Assembly: GCA_963816185.1 (NCBI GenBank)
Contig: CAWFJJ010000029.1
Coordinates: 352,001 to 416,000 of the forward strand
Direction of reading: 5' to 3'
DNA length: 64,000 nt
DNA from: Thermoanaerobaculia bacterium
GTDB taxonomy: Bacteria > Acidobacteriota > Thermoanaerobaculia > UBA5066
Shown piece after piece: positions 61,018 through 64,000 of the stretch. Below the pieces are notes generated by a model, which was not told where the DNA came from, did no database searches, and saw only the letters and a list, made by a program, of their open reading frames with translations. Every line of letters starts with the position of its first letter. Position 1 is the stretch's first letter. The position numbers and the translations under genes were made by a program.

Positions 61018-63366
61018 ATGAGAGCAGTCGCTTCGAAACTGGTCGGCAGCCTTCTTCTCGTTCTGGCTGCGGGCGTTGCGCGTGCCGCTTCGATCACTCC
61101 CGATCCCTGGCCCCGCGAGTTCACGACGCCGAAAGGCAACACGGCGGTCATGTACCAGCCCCAGTTCGAGACCTTCAAAGGGGACACGATCGGCGGGCGC
61201 GCCGCCATCTCGGTGACGAAGAAGGGTGAGACCGCGCCGAAGTTCGGCGTCATCTTCTTCACCGCCTCCGTCTCCGTCGACCGCGACGACCGCTCCGTCG
61301 AGATCCGGCGCATCAAGGTGAACCGCGTCCGCTTTCCGAACATCACGCCCCAAAAGGAGAAGACCTTCGCCGGAATCGTCGAAGCGGAGTTTCCGAAATG
61401 GAATCTCGTCATTTCGTACGACCGCGTGATCGAGGGCGTGAAGGTCGCCGAGCGCGAGAAGAAAAGCGCGCAAGGCCTCAAGAACGATCCACCCAAGGTC
61501 CTCTTCGCCCAGGAGCCGACGGTGCTCGTGCTGCTCGACGGCGAGCCGCAGCTCCGTGACGTCGAGAGCGCGCCCGGCCTGAAGGTCGTCGTGAACACGG
61601 CCCTGTTCATGGTTCTCGATACGCGCAACAACCGCTATTACCTTTCGGGGGGCAAGAGGTGGTGGTACGAGGCGCCGGACGCGAAGGGACCGTGGCGCTC
61701 GATCGGCGGGCCTCCGGCCGACATCGCGGACCTCGCCGCGCAGGCGGCCGAGGCGCAGAAGAAGAGCGAGAAGGACGTGCCTCAAGACGACGGAACCGAG
61801 GCGGCAAATCCGCCGAAGATCGTCGTGGCCACCGAGCCGACCGAGCTGATCGTTTCCGAGGGCAAGCCCTCCTTCAAGCCCGTCGCGGGAGCGGGGACGG
61901 ATCTCCTCTCGATGGAGAACACGGAGAGCGACGTTCTTCTCGACGTGCCGACGCAGAACTACTACGCGCTCCTGTCGGGGCGGTGGTTCCGGAGCAAGGC
62001 GCTCGCCGGCGGGGCCTGGACGTACGTGCCGCCGGACTCGCTCCCCGCGACGTTCGCCAAGATCCCGCCGGACTCGGACATCGGCGACATGCGCGCGAGT
62101 GTTCCCGGCACCGACGAAGCCGAAGACGCCGTCCTCGACGCGCAGATCCCGCAGACGACGGCCGTCAAGCGCGCCGACGCGAAGCTCGACGTGCAATACG
62201 ACGGCGAGGCGAAGTTCGTCGGGATCGAGGGCACGACGACCGAGTACGCGATCAACACGCCGACCTCGGTCCTGAGGATCGCCGGCCGCTACTATGCGTG
62301 CGAGAACGCCGTGTGGTACGTCGCGGACTCGCCCGACGGCCCGTGGCTCCTCGCGGATTCCGTTCCCGCGGACGAAATCGACCAGATTCCGCCGAGCGTC
62401 CCCGTCTACAACGTGAAGTACGTGCGCATCTACGATTCCACGCCGGACGAAGTCTACGTGGGCTACACGCAGGGCTACGAGGGCTGTTACCCGTGGGGGG
62501 GGACGGTCGTCTGGGGGACGGGCTGGTACTACAGTCCGTGGGTCGGCCCGGCCTTCTGGTGGCCGCGCCCCTATACGTGGGGCTTCCACGCGCACTACAC
62601 GCCGTGGTCCGGCTGGGGTTTCGGCGCGTCCTGGAGCTATCCCTTCTTCTCCGCGAGCTTCGGCTGGGGAGGCTGGTTTCGCCCGGTCGGCTGGGGCCGC
62701 CCCCACTTCGGCGGCTGGTGGGGAGGCGGATACCGGCGCGGCTGGTTCGGACCGGGCGGGTACCGTCCGCCGACGGCCATCGTGAACCGCTACTGGGGCA
62801 ATCGCCCCGGCGGCATTCGCCCGCCCGGGTGGCGCCCGGTGGCGGGAGCCCGCGCGGGCCTCCCCCGTCCGGGAATGGTTCGGCCGGGCCGGCCGCTCAT
62901 CGGCTTCCATCCTCCGGTGAAAGACATCCGGCCCGTGAGGATCCAGAACAACATCTACACCCGGCTTCCCGGGCGTGTGCGTGACGTTTCGAGGCCGCCG
63001 TCCCGCGTCGTGTCGCGTCCAGCCGATCGGTCGAACAACGTCTATGCGGGAAAGAACGGCGAGGTCTATCGCAAGACCAAGGATGGCTGGCAGCAACGCA
63101 CGAACGGCGCGTGGAGGAATTCCGGCTCAGGAACGCCGACAGGCAAGGGGTCGACGGCGTATTCGCCGGTCCAAGGCACACGTCCCGTCGTGCGCGCCGC
63201 GCCGCACCCCGAGCTGGAACGCGATTTTTCGGCGCGGCAGCGCGGCAATGCCCGTGCGCAGAGCTGGTCGCGCCCAGCGTCGCCGCCGGCTCGCGTGGCA
63301 CCGGCGCCTCGCGCGGCGCCGAAAGCTTCGGCGCCCTCGGTGCACAGGGGCGAGAAGCGCCGCTAA
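61018..63366 (+). CDS. Large secreted protein with repeated W-rich beta modules and a W/G/P/R-rich low-complexity tail
   Basis: AAGGAG RBS; signal peptide; WPR..YQPQ; three YY...GxW(Y/F)......GPW-like modules; C-terminal WG-rich then R/P-rich region. Confidence 0.8.
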   Translation: MRAVASKLVGSLLLVLAAGVARAASITPDPWPREFTTPKGNTAVMYQPQFETFKGDTIGGRAAISVTKKGETAPKFGVIFFTASVSVDRDDRSVEIRRIKVNRVRFPNITPQKEKTFAGIVEAEFPKWNLVISYDRVIEGVKVAEREKKSAQGLKNDPPKVLFAQEPTVLVLLDGEPQLRDVESAPGLKVVVNTALFMVLDTRNNRYYLSGGKRWWYEAPDAKGPWRSIGGPPADIADLAAQAAEAQKKSEKDVPQDDGTEAANPPKIVVATEPTELIVSEGKPSFKPVAGAGTDLLSMENTESDVLLDVPTQNYYALLSGRWFRSKALAGGAWTYVPPDSLPATFAKIPPDSDIGDMRASVPGTDEAEDAVLDAQIPQTTAVKRADAKLDVQYDGEAKFVGIEGTTTEYAINTPTSVLRIAGRYYACENAVWYVADSPDGPWLLADSVPADEIDQIPPSVPVYNVKYVRIYDSTPDEVYVGYTQGYEGCYPWGGTVVWGTGWYYSPWVGPAFWWPRPYTWGFHAHYTPWSGWGFGASWSYPFFSASFGWGGWFRPVGWGRPHFGGWWGGGYRRGWFGPGGYRPPTAIVNRYWGNRPGGIRPPGWRPVAGARAGLPRPGMVRPGRPLIGFHPPVKDIRPVRIQNNIYTRLPGRVRDVSRPPSRVVSRPADRSNNVYAGKNGEVYRKTKDGWQQRTNGAWRNSGSGTPTGKGSTAYSPVQGTRPVVRAAPHPELERDFSARQRGNARAQSWSRPASPPARVAPAPRAAPKASAPSVHRGEKRR

Positions 63367-63393
63367 GCGTTAGGATGACTCCAGCTCCGGGAG

Positions 63394-63419
63394 CGAACTT
63401 TTCAGGGCCGAATCGCGTT
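63394..63419 (+). promoter_or_regulatory. Candidate ECF-sigma promoter
   Basis: CGAACT-N16-CGTT, ending 22 nt before the ATG at 63442. Confidence 0.4.
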
Positions 63420-63441
63420 CCCGGAGTGTGAGGAGACGGCG

Positions 63442-63885
63442 ATGTATTACGTGATCGGGGCCAACGGCAGCCAGTATGGTCCGGTCGACGAGGTGACGAT
63501 GCGCGCGTGGATCACGGAAGGCCGCATCGCCGCTCCGAGCCTTTCCTTCAAGACGGGCGAGTCCGGCTGGGTTCCGCTCCAGACGCGTGAGGAGTTCCGC
63601 GATCTGCTGGCTGCGGCACCCGCCGTACCGGCCGCGGCGTCGGCGACGGTCCCGCCGGCTCCCTCCGCTCACCCCGCCGACGCGAAAGAGTGGCTCGTCG
63701 CTCTGCTCCTCTCGATTTTCCTCGGCACCTTCGGCGTCGACCGCTTCTACATCGGCCACGTGGGCCTCGGCCTCCTGAAGCTCTTCACGTTCGGCGGCTG
63801 CGGCATCTGGTGGCTCGTGGACGTCATCCTCATCGCGACGAACTCGCTCAAGGACTCGCAGGGCCGGGCTCTCGTCAAGACCTGA
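63442..63885 (+). CDS. GYF_2 (DUF4339) plus TM2/NINE domain membrane protein
   Basis: QYGPV...WI.EGRI...GW.PL (GYF_2); LLSIFLG.FGVDRFY.G..GLGLLKL.T.GG.GIW..VD (TM2). Confidence 0.88.
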   Translation: MYYVIGANGSQYGPVDEVTMRAWITEGRIAAPSLSFKTGESGWVPLQTREEFRDLLAAAPAVPAAASATVPPAPSAHPADAKEWLVALLLSIFLGTFGVDRFYIGHVGLGLLKLFTFGGCGIWWLVDVILIATNSLKDSQGRALVKT

Positions 63886-63888
63886 GCC

Positions 63889-64000
63889 TCAGGGCCGCGC
63901 GGTGCCGGATTCGCGGGAAGCGGGAGGGATGCGCGCGCCGTTCACCGTCACCTCGGCCGTCCACCCGAACGCTGAGGCGGCCTCCGTGAAGAGGTCGCGG
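63889..64000 (-). CDS. Probable 3' end of a gene entering from beyond the window
   Basis: Open frame RDLFTEAASAFGWTAEVTVNGARIPPASRESGTARP* converging on the TM2 gene. Confidence 0.4.
   Translation of the reverse strand, partial: RDLFTEAASAFGWTAEVTVNGARIPPASRESGTARP

Overview
This is a high-GC, gene-dense bacterial chromosomal window. The lineage is inferred from gene content only and looks Acidobacteriota-like. It holds about 55 CDS and one initiator tRNA-fMet. I saw no CRISPR array, prophage, integrase or transposase. Housekeeping content: the mreB-mreC-mreD-mrdA cluster preceded by a FecR/Fn3 membrane protein, ppiD-ruvA-ruvB, nadC-nadB, a DEAD-box helicase, PPi-dependent pfp, class I fumarase, eno-ftsB, pgm/pmm, a double-domain thyX and iscS. 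The most notable signals are: (1) a Bcp/PrxQ peroxiredoxin whose peroxidatic codon is an in-frame TGA followed by a SECIS-like hairpin, probably a selenoprotein that the ORF track splits in two; (2) an amtB-glnK-porin operon beside a NifA-like activator, with a sigma54 promoter and a tandem CGACA-N4-TGTCG-type motif pair, spaced 30 bp apart, upstream of both amtB and the activator, plus an atypical P-II T-loop; (3) a secreted protein with an amicyanin-like type-1 copper motif overlapping a TM-sensor-TM-HAMP-Ser/Thr kinase; (4) a cNMP histidine kinase paired with a REC-thioredoxin-reductase fusion that lacks CxxC; (5) smaller items, namely a frameshifted CAP lipoprotein, REP-like palindromes, and several sigma54- and ECF-type promoter candidates. 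All family assignments come from motif recognition by eye; no database search was run.
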